Of a stretch of DNA of 64,000 nt, positions 9,634 through 20,033 are shown one piece after another; the stretch's first letter is position 1; each line of letters starts with the position of its first letter. The notes beneath the pieces were generated by a model. That model had not been told where the DNA came from. It saw only the letters and a list, made by a program, of their open reading frames with translations, and did not search any database. The translations under genes and the position numbers were made by a program. The DNA lies in contig CAWFNZ010000004.1 in assembly GCA_963817365.1 (NCBI GenBank), positions 1,983,818 to 2,047,817 on the forward strand, given 5' to 3'. Origin of the DNA: an uncultured Alphaproteobacteria bacterium. GTDB lineage: Bacteria > Pseudomonadota > Alphaproteobacteria > Rhizobiales > Rhodomicrobiaceae.

Positions 9634-11208
9634 ATGCCCCTGAGTTCCGCAACCAAAGCGGCAACCGGCGCCCATCAAGCGAACCGGGCGCCTACCAGCG
9701 TAAGCCCCCAGGAGGTTCACCGCTGGATGCAGAGCTTTAACTGGGACTTCGCGAACAACCGCACGAAGTACCCCACCAAGTACAAGATGGCGTTCGATAC
9801 CAAGGAACAGTTCAAGCTCATCGCCAAGGAATACGCTCGCATGGAAGCCGTGAAGGACGAGCGTCAGTTCGGCACGCTCCTCGACGGCATGACGCGTCTG
9901 GGCGCGGGCAACCGCATGCACCCCAGATGGGGCGAGACGATGAAGGTCGCGTCCAACTTCCTCGAAGTGGGTGAGTATAACGCCATCTCCGGTTCGGCCA
10001 TGCTGTGGGATTCAGCCACCGCCGCCGAACAGAAGAACGGCTACCTCGCCCAGGTTCTCGACGAAATCCGCCATACCAATCAGTGCGGTTTCGTGAACTA
10101 CTACTACTCCAAGCACTATCACGATCCTGCCGGCCACAACGACGCGCGCCGCACACGGACCATCGGCCCGCTGTGGAAAGGCATGAAGCGCGTGTTCGCC
10201 GACGGCTTTATCTCGGGCGATGCGGTGGAATGCTCGATCAACCTGCAGCTCGTGGGCGAGGCGTGCTTCACCAATCCGCTGATTGTGGCCATCACCGAAT
10301 GGGCCTCGGCCAACGGCGACGAGATCACCCCCACGGTGTTCCTCTCCATCGAAACCGACGAACTGCGCCATATGGCGAACGGCTATCAGACCATCGTGTC
10401 GATCGCCAACGACCCGGCGTCGCAGAAGTACCTGAACTCCGACCTCAACAACGCCTTCTGGACACAGCAGAAATATTTCACGCCGGTGCTTGGCTGGGCG
10501 TTCGAATACGGCTCGAAGTTCAAGGTCGAACCCTGGGTCAAGACCTGGAACCGGTGGGTGTACGAGGATTGGGGCGGGATCTGGATCGGGCGCCTCTCCA
10601 AGTATGGCGTGCAGTCGCCGCCGTCCTTGCGCGACGCCAAGAAGGACGCCTACTGGGCGCACCACGACCTCGCGCTCATCGCCTATGCATTCTGGCCGCT
10701 GGGCTTCTTCCGGGTATCGCTGCCGGATGAGGAAGACATGGCCTGGTTCGAAGCCAATTATCCGGGATGGGATGCCCATTACGGTAAGATCTACCGCGAA
10801 TGGAAGAAGCTCGGCTGCGAAGATCCGAAGAGCGGCTTCATCCCGCTGAAGTGGTTCGCCGATAATGGCCACAAGATCTACGTCGACCGCGTGTCGCAAG
10901 TCCCGTTCTGCCCGTCGCTTGCAAAGGGCGCCAGCACGCTGCGCATCCATGAGTACAACGGCAAGAAGCACTCCTTCAGCGACGACTGGGGCGAGCGCAT
11001 GTGGCTTACCGAACCGGAGCGCTACGAGTGCCAGAACGTGTTCGAGCAGTATTCGGGCCGCGAGCTGTCGGAAATCGTGGTCGAAGGTCAAGGCTTGCGA
11101 GCTGACGGCAAGACGCTGATCGGGCAACCGCATGTCCGCGGTAACAATCTGTGGACGGTCGCCGACCTGAAGCGCGCAGGCATCGTGTGCGGTGACCCGC
11201 TGGCCTAG
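9634..11208 (+). CDS. mmoX: Soluble methane monooxygenase hydroxylase alpha subunit
   Basis: LEVGEYNA, DEIRHTNQC, GFISGDAVEC, GEACFTNPL, DELRHMANG: all di-iron ligands plus the Cys151/Thr213/Asn214 equivalents; AGGAGG RBS. Confidence 0.97.
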   Translation: MPLSSATKAATGAHQANRAPTSVSPQEVHRWMQSFNWDFANNRTKYPTKYKMAFDTKEQFKLIAKEYARMEAVKDERQFGTLLDGMTRLGAGNRMHPRWGETMKVASNFLEVGEYNAISGSAMLWDSATAAEQKNGYLAQVLDEIRHTNQCGFVNYYYSKHYHDPAGHNDARRTRTIGPLWKGMKRVFADGFISGDAVECSINLQLVGEACFTNPLIVAITEWASANGDEITPTVFLSIETDELRHMANGYQTIVSIANDPASQKYLNSDLNNAFWTQQKYFTPVLGWAFEYGSKFKVEPWVKTWNRWVYEDWGGIWIGRLSKYGVQSPPSLRDAKKDAYWAHHDLALIAYAFWPLGFFRVSLPDEEDMAWFEANYPGWDAHYGKIYREWKKLGCEDPKSGFIPLKWFADNGHKIYVDRVSQVPFCPSLAKGASTLRIHEYNGKKHSFSDDWGERMWLTEPERYECQNVFEQYSGRELSEIVVEGQGLRADGKTLIGQPHVRGNNLWTVADLKRAGIVCGDPLA

Positions 11209-11215
11209 CCGGGCA

Positions 11216-11305
11216 CGGCAGGGGGAGCGCCTCGCGGCATAGGGCGCTCCCTCCCCCCTCGCCGAAGCGGGCAGCAAAGCGAAGCTGAGCTGGGCGAGGG
11301 GTCTT
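11216..11305. other. GC-rich stem-loops in the mmoX-mmoY spacer
   Basis: GGGGGAGCGCC...GGGCGCTCCCTCCCCC inverted repeat followed by CCCCTCGCC...GGCGAGGGG. Confidence 0.55.
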
Positions 11306-11425
11306 TTCGCAACGAATGGCGGCTGAGTCTCCGCCAAGCCCAACGGTACCAGGCGCCACAAGGGACGGCAGCCGCGTCCCCGGCGAGCGTCAAAGCAGAA
11401 GAAACGTTTGAGGAGGAGTTAAGCC

Positions 11426-12598
11426 ATGGCCACAACCCAGGCCACAAGACGCGGTCTGACCGACCCGGAACGCGCGGCCGCAATCATTGCCGATATTCCC
11501 GAGCCTATCGATACGCAGCGCAGAATGAACTACTTCGTGACGCCGCGCGGCAAGCGGCTCAGCGAATACGAAATCCTGTCTCTTTACACCCAGCCCAATC
11601 CGGATTGGATTGCGGGTGGCCTCGACTGGGGCGACTGGACGCAGAAGTTCCATGGCGGGCGTCCCTCGTGGGGTAACGAGTCCACCGAGCTGCGCACTAC
11701 CGACTGGCATCGCCACCGCGACCCCTATCGCCGCTGGCACGCCCCCTATGTAAAGGACAAGGCCGAAGAGTGGCGCTACACCGAGCGCTTCATCGAAGCC
11801 TATTCCGCCGAAGGCGCCGTCCGTTCGATCGACACCTTCTGGCGTGACGAAATGCTCAACAAATACTGGGGCGCCTTCCTGTTCAACGAGTATGGGCTGT
11901 TCAACGCTCATTCCTCGGTGATGCGCGACTGCTTGTCCGATGTGATCCGTCAGACCGCCGGTTGCGCCGGGTTCGACAAGATCGACATCGCGCAGATGAT
12001 CCAGCTTGAGCGCACCCTGCTATCCAAGCTCGCGCCGGGCTTCCCAGAGTCGACCGACGAGCCGAAGAAGGTCTGGCTCAGCGATCCGGTCTACAAGAGC
12101 GCCCGCGCCGCGGTGGAAGAGGTGTGGCAGGGCATCCAGGATTGGAACGAAATCCTCTGGGGCGTGCATGCGGTTTACGACTCCATCTTCGGCCAGTTCG
12201 TCCGGCGCGAGTTCTTCGGGCGCATGGCCGCGCACTACGGCGACAACCTGACGCCGTTCTTCCTCGCGCAGTCGCAGACCTACTTCCAGATTAACCGCGC
12301 AGGGATACAGGACTTGTATCTCACATGCCTCGCCAACGATCCGGCCTTTGCCGGCCACAACCGGCGCTGGTTGCGCACCTGGACGTATAAATGGCTGTCC
12401 AAGACCGTGGATGCGATGCGCGATTTCATGGGCATCTACGCCACGGTGGACAAGGTCCAAGGTATCAGCGACGCCGCGGCCGTCGCCGCCACGGTGCGCC
12501 GCGTGCTCGCCGACTGGACGGAGGATTACGCCAACGGCATCGACTTCAAGATCGATCTCGACAAGACCACCGCCTACATCGTCAGCGGACTCAAATAA
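11426..12598 (+). CDS. mmoY: sMMO hydroxylase beta subunit
   Basis: SEYEILSLYTQPNPDWIAGGLDWGDWTQKFHGGRPSWGNESTELRTTDWHRHRDP; GAGGAGG RBS. Confidence 0.96.
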   Translation: MATTQATRRGLTDPERAAAIIADIPEPIDTQRRMNYFVTPRGKRLSEYEILSLYTQPNPDWIAGGLDWGDWTQKFHGGRPSWGNESTELRTTDWHRHRDPYRRWHAPYVKDKAEEWRYTERFIEAYSAEGAVRSIDTFWRDEMLNKYWGAFLFNEYGLFNAHSSVMRDCLSDVIRQTAGCAGFDKIDIAQMIQLERTLLSKLAPGFPESTDEPKKVWLSDPVYKSARAAVEEVWQGIQDWNEILWGVHAVYDSIFGQFVRREFFGRMAAHYGDNLTPFFLAQSQTYFQINRAGIQDLYLTCLANDPAFAGHNRRWLRTWTYKWLSKTVDAMRDFMGIYATVDKVQGISDAAAVAATVRRVLADWTEDYANGIDFKIDLDKTTAYIVSGLK

Positions 12599-12610
12599 GG
12601 AGGTGACGCC

Positions 12611-13027
12611 ATGTCTGCAGGTAAAAACGCCTATAACGCCGGCATCATGCAGAAGACCGGGGCCGCCTTCGCCGCCGAATTCTTCGCGGAGAAGAACCAA
12701 GTGGTTCACGAGTCCAACACGGTCGTGCTGGTGCTCATGAAGTCGGACGAGATTGACGCCATCGTCGAGGAGATAATCCTCGGTCCAGGCAAGAAGGAAA
12801 ACCCCTCCATCACGGTGGAGGACCGCACCGGCTTCTGGTGGATCAAGGCGGACGGCCAGATACAGGTCGATACGGACGCCGCCGCCGCGATGCTCGGCAA
12901 AACGTACTCGGTCTACGACTTCCTCGTGAACGTGTCGTCGACGATCGGGCGCGCCTATACGCACGGCAACACCTTCACGATCACGTCGGAGCTGATGGGC
13001 CTCGACCGCAAACTAACCGATATCTGA
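12611..13027 (+). CDS. mmoB: sMMO regulatory protein B
   Basis: NAYNAGIMQK, VVHESNTVVLVLMKSDEIDA, VSSTIGRAYT, TITSELMGLDR. Confidence 0.96.
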   Translation: MSAGKNAYNAGIMQKTGAAFAAEFFAEKNQVVHESNTVVLVLMKSDEIDAIVEEIILGPGKKENPSITVEDRTGFWWIKADGQIQVDTDAAAAMLGKTYSVYDFLVNVSSTIGRAYTHGNTFTITSELMGLDRKLTDI

Positions 13028-13126
13028 TGAGGGAAGGCGCCGCATCCGCCATGGCCGGGTCATTTCCCCGCCATGGCGGAGAAGGACGGATGCCCAACAG
13101 AGCACGAAGATAGTGAGGTAACCCCA

Positions 13127-13645
13127 ATGGCCAAGCATAATATCCATGACAATCCCCTGCGGGATGAATGGCTGGCGAAAATCGCCGCGCTCGACACCGT
13201 CGAGGCGGCAACCGGCTTCATTCAGGACTTCCGCAAGAACCACACGTCGCCGTTCCGGACGTCCTATGCGCTGGAACTCGACTATCTTTTCATCGAGGCC
13301 AAGATCGAGGAGCGGCTGTCGGTCCTGAAGGCCGACAAATTCAGCGACGCCGGCCTGCTGAACAAGACAACTACCGGCGAGGATGCCCTTACGGTCGCGG
13401 ACGCCTGGAAACGGCAGATGGACGCAGAAACCAGCAAGTACAAGGCCGAGAAAATACTCATCCAGTTCCGCCAGTTTTACAAACCGCCCGTGATGCCGGT
13501 GAACCACTTCCTGAAGGTGGACGCCTATCTCGGCTCGCGCCTCATGGAGCTGCGCAACACCGACTACTACGCAACGTCCTTGGCGGACCTGCGCAAGGAA
13601 CGTGGCGTGAAAGTGCTGTATCTCGCGAACGGCGTCACTCCGTGA
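13127..13645 (+). CDS. mmoZ: sMMO hydroxylase gamma subunit
   Basis: [50 protein letters not shown]. Confidence 0.95.
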   Translation: MAKHNIHDNPLRDEWLAKIAALDTVEAATGFIQDFRKNHTSPFRTSYALELDYLFIEAKIEERLSVLKADKFSDAGLLNKTTTGEDALTVADAWKRQMDAETSKYKAEKILIQFRQFYKPPVMPVNHFLKVDAYLGSRLMELRNTDYYATSLADLRKERGVKVLYLANGVTP

Positions 13646-13756
13646 CCGGGCCGCGGTGACGAAGAACGGCGGGCGCGGGATTGAGGAGGCCAGCCCCGCC
13701 ATTCGAAACCCGGCGGTCAGGCCGGGACATGCGAGCGCAAACGCAAGGAGGTAGCC

Positions 13757-14029
13757 ATGTACACGCGGGACATACTGGCCGGAAACGAAGCGCCATCGGC
13801 CCACGATCTGCCATTCACCGATGCGGCCGTTCTCGATCGGCATGACATCGAGGGCGATGGCCGCTACAGCGCGGTCATCGAGGACCTCGGGTTCATGTGG
13901 CGCTGGAGCCTGTTCCGGGGCCGAGAGATGTGCCAGCACGGCTGCTCGCTGAGCGAGCGTGCCTCGCGGGAGGCGGTCGGCCACGTGCTCGCCTTCTACG
14001 GCATCCGCGATAGCGGCGGGGAAACTTGA
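13757..14029 (+). CDS. mmoD: MmoD (OrfY)
   Basis: RYSAVIEDLGFMWRWSL...GCSLSERASREAVGHVL core; position between mmoZ and mmoC; AAGGAGG RBS. Confidence 0.9.
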   Translation: MYTRDILAGNEAPSAHDLPFTDAAVLDRHDIEGDGRYSAVIEDLGFMWRWSLFRGREMCQHGCSLSERASREAVGHVLAFYGIRDSGGET

Positions 14030-14101
14030 TGGCCTGAGGGTTTCCCGCCTCCTCGCCCAAGCGCGAAAGTTGGCGCAGGGCCTAACGAACAGCGGGAATC
14101 T

Positions 14102-14205
14102 CCCCTCACGCTGTCCCTCTCCCCTTGGGAGAGGGGACGTTGTTGTACGCTCCGAGCGCTATTCAGGCGTCCCTTCTCCCATTGGGAGAAGGACAGGATG
14201 AGGGG
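14102..14205. repeat. RIME/REP-like double-hairpin element, copy 2
   Basis: CCCTCTCCCCTTGGGAGAGGGGACGTTGTTGT...CCCTTCTCCCATTGGGAGAAGGACAGGATGAGGGG; same family as 5296-5423. Confidence 0.8.
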
Positions 14206-14405
14206 TGATACCCGCTGTTCGTTCCGCCATCCGCCGTTAATTGACGCAATTGTAGCAAACGGGCACCGCCCCCCGCTCCTGGCCACGGCATGGCCGGGGA
14301 ACGGGAGAACTGTGCCCGGAGAACGGCGAGAGCGACGCCATGAATACGCTACTCGCATTGTCAGCCTGAAACCGCAAAAGCCAAGCAAGTGTAGGGGAGA
14401 TTGGC

Positions 14406-15458
14406 ATGTATAAGATCACTGCATACACCGAGGACGGACGTGCTATCGAATTCGAGGCATCGCCCAACGAGGATGTGATCACGAGTGCGTTGAAACAGGA
14501 CGTCATTCTGCTGACGTCTTGCCGCGAAGGCGGGTGTGCCACCTGCAAGGCGGAATGCACGGACGGCGATTACGAACTGGCGAACGCCAGCGTGCAGGCT
14601 CTGCCGCCGGACGAAGAGGAAGATGGCTTCGTCCTCCTGTGCTGCACCTATCCGCGCAGCAATCTTACGCTCAATCTCCCGTATACGTCCGACAGGGTTT
14701 CGTTCGAGAAAATCAGCAAGGAATGGATCGGCGATATTGTCGTGGCCGAGCGCGTGTCGTCCAACGTCATGCGCCTGGTGATTCGCCCGGCCGATGCAGA
14801 AACGGGCAGGCCGGCGAAGCTGAAGTTCTGGCCGGGCCAATACATCGACATCGAGGTGCCGGGGACCAATGTCTGGCGCTCCTATTCCATGGCGGCTACC
14901 AGCGACAGCGGCGAGCTGGAATTCTTGATCCGGCTGCTGCCAAACGGGTTCTTCTCGAAGTTCCTCGTCAACGAGGCCGCTGCCGGCATGTGGGTGAGAC
15001 TGAAGGGTCCTTCCGGCGCGTTCGCCATGCGCGAGAACGGATTTAGGCCTCGTTACTTCATCGCGGGCGGCACCGGGCTGTCGCCAGTATTGTCGATGAT
15101 CCGCCACATGCGGATCGAGGGGCATCCCCAGCAGGCGAAGTTATTTTTCGGCGTCACCCACCAACACGAGCTGTTTTTCGCCGATACGCTGCGGGAGATC
15201 GAAAGCGCGATGGCGAATTTGGAAGTTCACATATCTGTTATAAATCCGGAATTGTCTTCGCCATATTCGGCAGGCACAGTAGTTGACGATCTGGTGAAGC
15301 ACTTTGAGCAAGACGGACCAAGTCCAGACATTTACGTGTGTGGGCCCCCGGGAATGATTGACGCTACACTTGCTGCAACCAGAAAGTATGGCATGCCAGC
15401 AGACCAGGTATTCTACGAGAAATTCCTGGCCTCCGGTCAGGTGCGGGCAGCGGAATGA
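14406..15458 (+). CDS. mmoC: sMMO reductase (2Fe-2S/FAD/NAD)
   Basis: SCREGGCATCK...LLCCTYPRS ferredoxin, WRSYS FAD motif, AGGTGLSP NAD motif, YVCGPPGM. Confidence 0.96.
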   Translation: MYKITAYTEDGRAIEFEASPNEDVITSALKQDVILLTSCREGGCATCKAECTDGDYELANASVQALPPDEEEDGFVLLCCTYPRSNLTLNLPYTSDRVSFEKISKEWIGDIVVAERVSSNVMRLVIRPADAETGRPAKLKFWPGQYIDIEVPGTNVWRSYSMAATSDSGELEFLIRLLPNGFFSKFLVNEAAAGMWVRLKGPSGAFAMRENGFRPRYFIAGGTGLSPVLSMIRHMRIEGHPQQAKLFFGVTHQHELFFADTLREIESAMANLEVHISVINPELSSPYSAGTVVDDLVKHFEQDGPSPDIYVCGPPGMIDATLAATRKYGMPADQVFYEKFLASGQVRAAE

Positions 15459-15738
15459 CCTGGTCAGCAAGGCAAGCCTTGGAGCATGACGATTTGGTTG
15501 CCGCTCCTTTTGCCGCCCTTGCGAATGCGGGGTTGCAGGGCAGTAAGCGCCGGGTGAGCGGCTCCCGCTTTAGCGGGAAACAACGAGTGCCGGAAAGCGG
15601 AACCGGCCGGGAATCGTCTGCTTTCGGCTTGCCATCCCCGGCGCCCGCAGCGCGCCAGGGTAAGGGGCGCACCGTCCGCGCTCGCGAGCTGGCATGTCCG
15701 GGTAAAGCGGCTGCGGCACATGTCCGGGATACGCGCAG

Positions 15739-17875
15739 ATGGGCTTGGAAGAGTATCATGTTACAGCAAACCGGCACGAGTTGATGGACAGCGGCTATAA
15801 CCTGACGCCGCCATATGCGAGGGCGGGCAACGGACAGGAAACGGGGCTGTTTCGCGTCGACCGTCCCGGCGTGGCCTGGGACTGGATGACCCAGACCGGC
15901 CAGGCGCCCAACCGTTCCGATTGGGTGCGCCCGCAGGTGGCGGAAAGCTGGAGCCGGTGCATCGGCGACTACGGCCTGATGCCGGGCGCCCGGCTGCCCA
16001 ACGGCGGAACCCCGCTCGATCCGGATCATCCGCGCGCATCGGGAATCCTCGCGCGGCACGATGCGCGGGCGACGCTCGCCAATATCGCCTTTAGCCTGCA
16101 TTCGCTGCTGCGGGATACCAGCGTGGCGCTGCTGGTGGCCGATCCCGCCGGTACGCTCATCCATGTCATGGAGGCAGGGCTTGTGCTCGGACCGGCTGGA
16201 CGGCGGCTGGTGGCGCTCGGCTCCCGCTGGCAGGAGCCGGTGCTCGGTAACAATGGCCTGGGGACCGCTGCCGTGCTGCGCAAGCCCGTAGCCTTCGACG
16301 GCAAAGAGCATTTCGCCGCCGAGCTTCACCCCTACGCCACGGTTGGCCAGCTGATTACCGGCCCCCAAGGAGAGCCGTTCGCCCTCCTCGGCCTGATCAC
16401 CGACCGGCACGACTCCGCCAGTTCCCTGCTTTGCTTTCTGCGGCTCGCCGAGCATCTGGTCGAGTTCGAACCTTTTCGAGCAGCTCGGCCCTGGCGGCTA
16501 TACGCTGCGCCTCCGGCCAACCGGCCTCGGAGCGGGCGTGGCGGTGGAGGATTGCCTGCTCGACGGTCTCATCGCCGTATGCGAGGCGGGCATAATCAGC
16601 GGGGCGACGCGGGCGGCGCTGGCGCTGCTCGGCTACGCGGAGCATCACGAATTGCTTGGCAAGCCTTTGGAAAACGTGCTCGGCCTTACCATAGCGCGCG
16701 TCCTGTCGGAACCCGCACTCGACAGCGCCGGCGTCGAGGTCACCGGTCCCGGCGGCCGCGTCCTTACTGTGCAACTTATAGGCGGCCGCCGCCTGTCCGC
16801 GCCGGTACGGGCCGCCGCCCGCGCCGGCACATCCGGCGGCGGGCGCAGTGCAGCACCTCGCGGCGGGATGCAATCCGGTCCCTCGGGCAATGGGCAATGG
16901 CGCGATACGGTGCTCGAAGCCGCACTGCAGAAGGCCATCGGCGCGCAGAAACAAAAAATCGGCATCCTGATTACCGGGGAATCCGGCGTCGGCAAGGACC
17001 ATCTCGTGCGCAAGATGCACGATGCGGGCACGCGGCGCGGGCGTCCGCTGGTGCTCATCAATTGTGCCGCCATCCCGCGCGATCTCATCAGTACGGAGCT
17101 GTTCGGCTACGAGCCGGGCAGTTTCACCGGCGCCCGCACCAAAGGTAAACCCGGCAAGTTCCTCGACGCACATACCGGAACGCTGTTCCTCGACGAAATC
17201 GGCGACATGGCGCTCGATCTCCAGGCAGCGCTGCTTTGCGCGCTCGATACCTCGGAAATCGTGCCTGTCGGCGGGGCCAAGCCGATCGTCGTCGACGTGC
17301 AGGTGGTGGCGGCGACGAACTCGCTGCTGCAAGAGTGCGTGCGCAAAGGCACATTCCGGCGCGACCTCTACTACCGGCTGAACGGCGCGCAGATCAACCT
17401 TCCCCCCTTGCGCGAGCGTCCCGACAAGCTGGGGCTCATCATGCACCTGTGGGACGCCGAGACGCGTGTGCAGGGCCGCGCCGGCGACGACATCTTCATC
17501 AGCGACGAAGTGCTGGAAATCTTCGAGCAGCACCCTTGGCCCGGCAATATTCGCGAACTGCGCAACGTGCTCAGGTCATGCATGGCGACAATGGCGCGAC
17601 AGGAACTGCGCGTCTCGGATTTGCCGTGCGATTTCCTGGAGGAAATGGCTGAAGGCGCATGTGGCGAACCCGTCGAGGCGCCGGAACCGCAGCAGGCAGC
17701 GATCCCCGAGACGCGCGCGCTCTCGGCAATGGAATTGCAAACCATTCGCTGGGCGCTGGAAGCAACCCAGGGGAATATTTCAAAATCGGCAAAGCAGCTC
17801 GGCATCACGCGGGCGACGCTTTACCACAAGATGGCGCGCTACGGGTTACGGAAGACGGAGCTGAGACAATCGTGA
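15739..17875 (+). pseudogene. mmoR: sigma54-dependent activator MmoR, +1 frameshift at ~16465 (possibly a sequence error)
   Basis: GAF-like N-terminus (VAESWSRC, LGNNGLGTA) in one frame; AAA+ motifs (ITGESGVGKD, ELFGYEPGSFTGA, RDLYYRLN, WPGNIRELRN) and Fis HTH in the next; removing one T gives ...EHLVESNLFEQLGP... Confidence 0.88.
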
Positions 17876-18240
17876 GTACCGGCGGCCCAGCCGAATATGG
17901 CGATCCAGATTTCATCGCCGGGATGGCCAGGGAACTCGACGCATCGGCGCGCAGGCTGGAAGCGCGCGAAGCGGAGCTGGTGGCACAGCTCGGAGCGGAT
18001 CGCGTGGCCGAACTGGCCGGACTTTGGGCCAAGGAGATGGACCCGCACGATGAGGCCGAGTTGAAGCGCAACATGGATTGGACGGACAAGGAACTCATTT
18101 GGGTGTGGTCGCGTCTAGAGCGCGCGCGGGCGCGGCGGGTGCTCGCCGGCCGGCAGGCGATGCTGCACATGCAATACGGTCCTGACACGCCGGAGACCGG
18201 CAAGGATACACAACAGACCGAAGGGGAAGCGGAGACGTAG
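17872..18240 (+). CDS. Hypothetical protein between mmoR and mmoG (orf2-like)
   Basis: GTG overlaps the mmoR stop (GTGA); 122 aa helical protein; position matches orf2 of Methylocella-type clusters. Confidence 0.75.
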   Translation: MSTGGPAEYGDPDFIAGMARELDASARRLEAREAELVAQLGADRVAELAGLWAKEMDPHDEAELKRNMDWTDKELIWVWSRLERARARRVLAGRQAMLHMQYGPDTPETGKDTQQTEGEAET

Positions 18241-18301
18241 CAACCAACAACCGGCGCTCATCAAAACATAAGTAAAAGCGCCGGGAGGGTAGGAAAAGAC
18301 C

Positions 18302-19987
18302 ATGGCCAAGGCATTTCATTTCGGCAGTGCGGGCCGCTTGCGCATGCTGGCGGGCGCCAACCTGCTGGCGGACGCGGTGCAGATCACCCTGGGTCCGCAC
18401 GGCCGCAACGTGCTCATAGAGCATCGCTCCGGCGGCATGGCACCGCTCCTCACCCGTGACGGCATCACCGTGGCGCGTTCCATCGAGGATGGCGACAACG
18501 CGCGAAACGCAGGGGTTGCCATGCTGCGCGAGGCGGCGCGGAATGTGTCGCGCGAGGCTGGCGACGGCACCAGCACCACCATCGTGCTCGCGCGGTGCAT
18601 CGCGGCCGAAGCAGTAAGGGCAATGGCCGCCGGAATGGAGCCGAAGGGCTTGCGCCAGGGCATTAACATGGCCATAGGCGCCGTCATCGCCGATCTCGAA
18701 TGCCGCGCCCGCAAGTGCACCGGCGGGCCTGCTCTCGCCAGCCTTGGCACCATCGCAGCTAACGGTGAAGAGCGCATCGGCACCATGCTGGCGGAGGTAT
18801 TCGAGCGGGTAGGGGCCGAAGGCATCGTAGCACTCGAACTCGGCGAAGGGCGTGACGACAAATTGGAGTTTGCCGAAGGCGCGAGCTGGGACCAGGGCTA
18901 TCCATCGCGTTATTTCGTCACCAACAAGGACCGCGAAACGGCCGAACTGGACAATCCGTTCGTGCTGCTTACCGACCGCACCATCACCCGGTTCGACGAG
19001 TTGATCCCAGCGCTCGACCTTGTGCGCGAGGAAAACGGCTCGCTGCTCATCGTGGCGGAAAATATCGAGGAGCGCGTGTTGCCGCCGCTCCTGCTCAACC
19101 ACATCCGCGCGGTCGTCCGCATGGTTCCAGTGAAGCCGCCGGGATATGGCGAGTCGCGTGCCCATGCGCTTGCCGATCTCGCTGTGCTGACCGGCGGACG
19201 CGCGATTTTGGAATCCTGCGGCGACGATCTGGCGCGCCTGCGCCTTGCCGATCTTGGCAGGGTGAAGCGCGCCGTGGTGACGGAAAATTCGATATCGATC
19301 ATGGGCGGCGGCGGTGAGGCTGGCGCCATCGCCGGGCGCGCCGCCTCCATCGAGCAGCAGATCGGCTGGATTCGCGATGGCGATCTGGCCAAAGGCTCGG
19401 CCATCGGCAAATCCCACGATCGGGAGCAACTGGAAGAGCGTTTGCGGCGTCTGAGCGGGGTTGCCGCGGTCATCCGAGTTGGCGGCGGCACGGAAGTGGA
19501 GATCAAGGAACGCCTGCAACGCTTCGGGAACGCCATGAACTCCATGCGCGGCGCGCTGCGCGAAGGCGTATTGCCAGGCGGTGGCACCGCTCTGCTGCGG
19601 GCGCGCGAAGCCTTGCGCGATCTGCCGCGCGAGCCGCAGGAAGTACGCTGCGGCGTCGATATCGTCGCCCGCGCGATTGCCGAGCCCGCCCGTCTGATCG
19701 CCGCCAATATGGTTGGCGACGACCCGGCGCAGGTGCTAGCGCGCATACTCGCCGGCGCCAGCCCTTTCTTCGGTCTCGACGCGCGGCACGGGCGCTTTGG
19801 CGATCTGTACGAACTCGGCGTGCTCGATCCGCTGATCGTGACGCGGCTTGCCTTGCAGGAAGCGGCAAGTGCTGCATCGCTGCTGATGACGGCCGAATGC
19901 GTCATCACGCAGATACCCGCGGAGGACCCGCTGTACGGCTATACGCCGGAGTGGGCGGCCGCCACACGCGAAGACCCGCGCCTATAA
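18302..19987 (+). CDS. mmoG: GroEL-like sMMO chaperonin
   Basis: TLGPHGRNV, TRDGITVA, AGDGTSTT, GVLPGGG; divergent GroEL at the end of the mmo cluster. Confidence 0.93.
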   Translation: MAKAFHFGSAGRLRMLAGANLLADAVQITLGPHGRNVLIEHRSGGMAPLLTRDGITVARSIEDGDNARNAGVAMLREAARNVSREAGDGTSTTIVLARCIAAEAVRAMAAGMEPKGLRQGINMAIGAVIADLECRARKCTGGPALASLGTIAANGEERIGTMLAEVFERVGAEGIVALELGEGRDDKLEFAEGASWDQGYPSRYFVTNKDRETAELDNPFVLLTDRTITRFDELIPALDLVREENGSLLIVAENIEERVLPPLLLNHIRAVVRMVPVKPPGYGESRAHALADLAVLTGGRAILESCGDDLARLRLADLGRVKRAVVTENSISIMGGGGEAGAIAGRAASIEQQIGWIRDGDLAKGSAIGKSHDREQLEERLRRLSGVAAVIRVGGGTEVEIKERLQRFGNAMNSMRGALREGVLPGGGTALLRAREALRDLPREPQEVRCGVDIVARAIAEPARLIAANMVGDDPAQVLARILAGASPFFGLDARHGRFGDLYELGVLDPLIVTRLALQEAASAASLLMTAECVITQIPAEDPLYGYTPEWAAATREDPRL

Positions 19988-20033
19988 CCTGCCCCAACCG
20001 GCGAGGCTCGCGGAGTCAAAGCGGTGCCTTAGT

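Noticed and set aside
9634-11208. Propane, butane or phenol monooxygenase instead of sMMO
   Set aside because: The XYBZDC order with mmoD, mmoR and mmoG, and the MmoX active-site residues, fit methane-type enzymes; substrate range still needs assay.
15693-15728. CATGTCCGGG direct repeat upstream of mmoR and a possible sigma54 site
   Set aside because: Only two 10-bp copies in GC-rich DNA, and no GG-N10-GC spacing.
16465-16480. Programmed ribosomal frameshift in mmoR
   Set aside because: No recognised slippery heptamer or stimulatory structure; a single-base insertion explains it.
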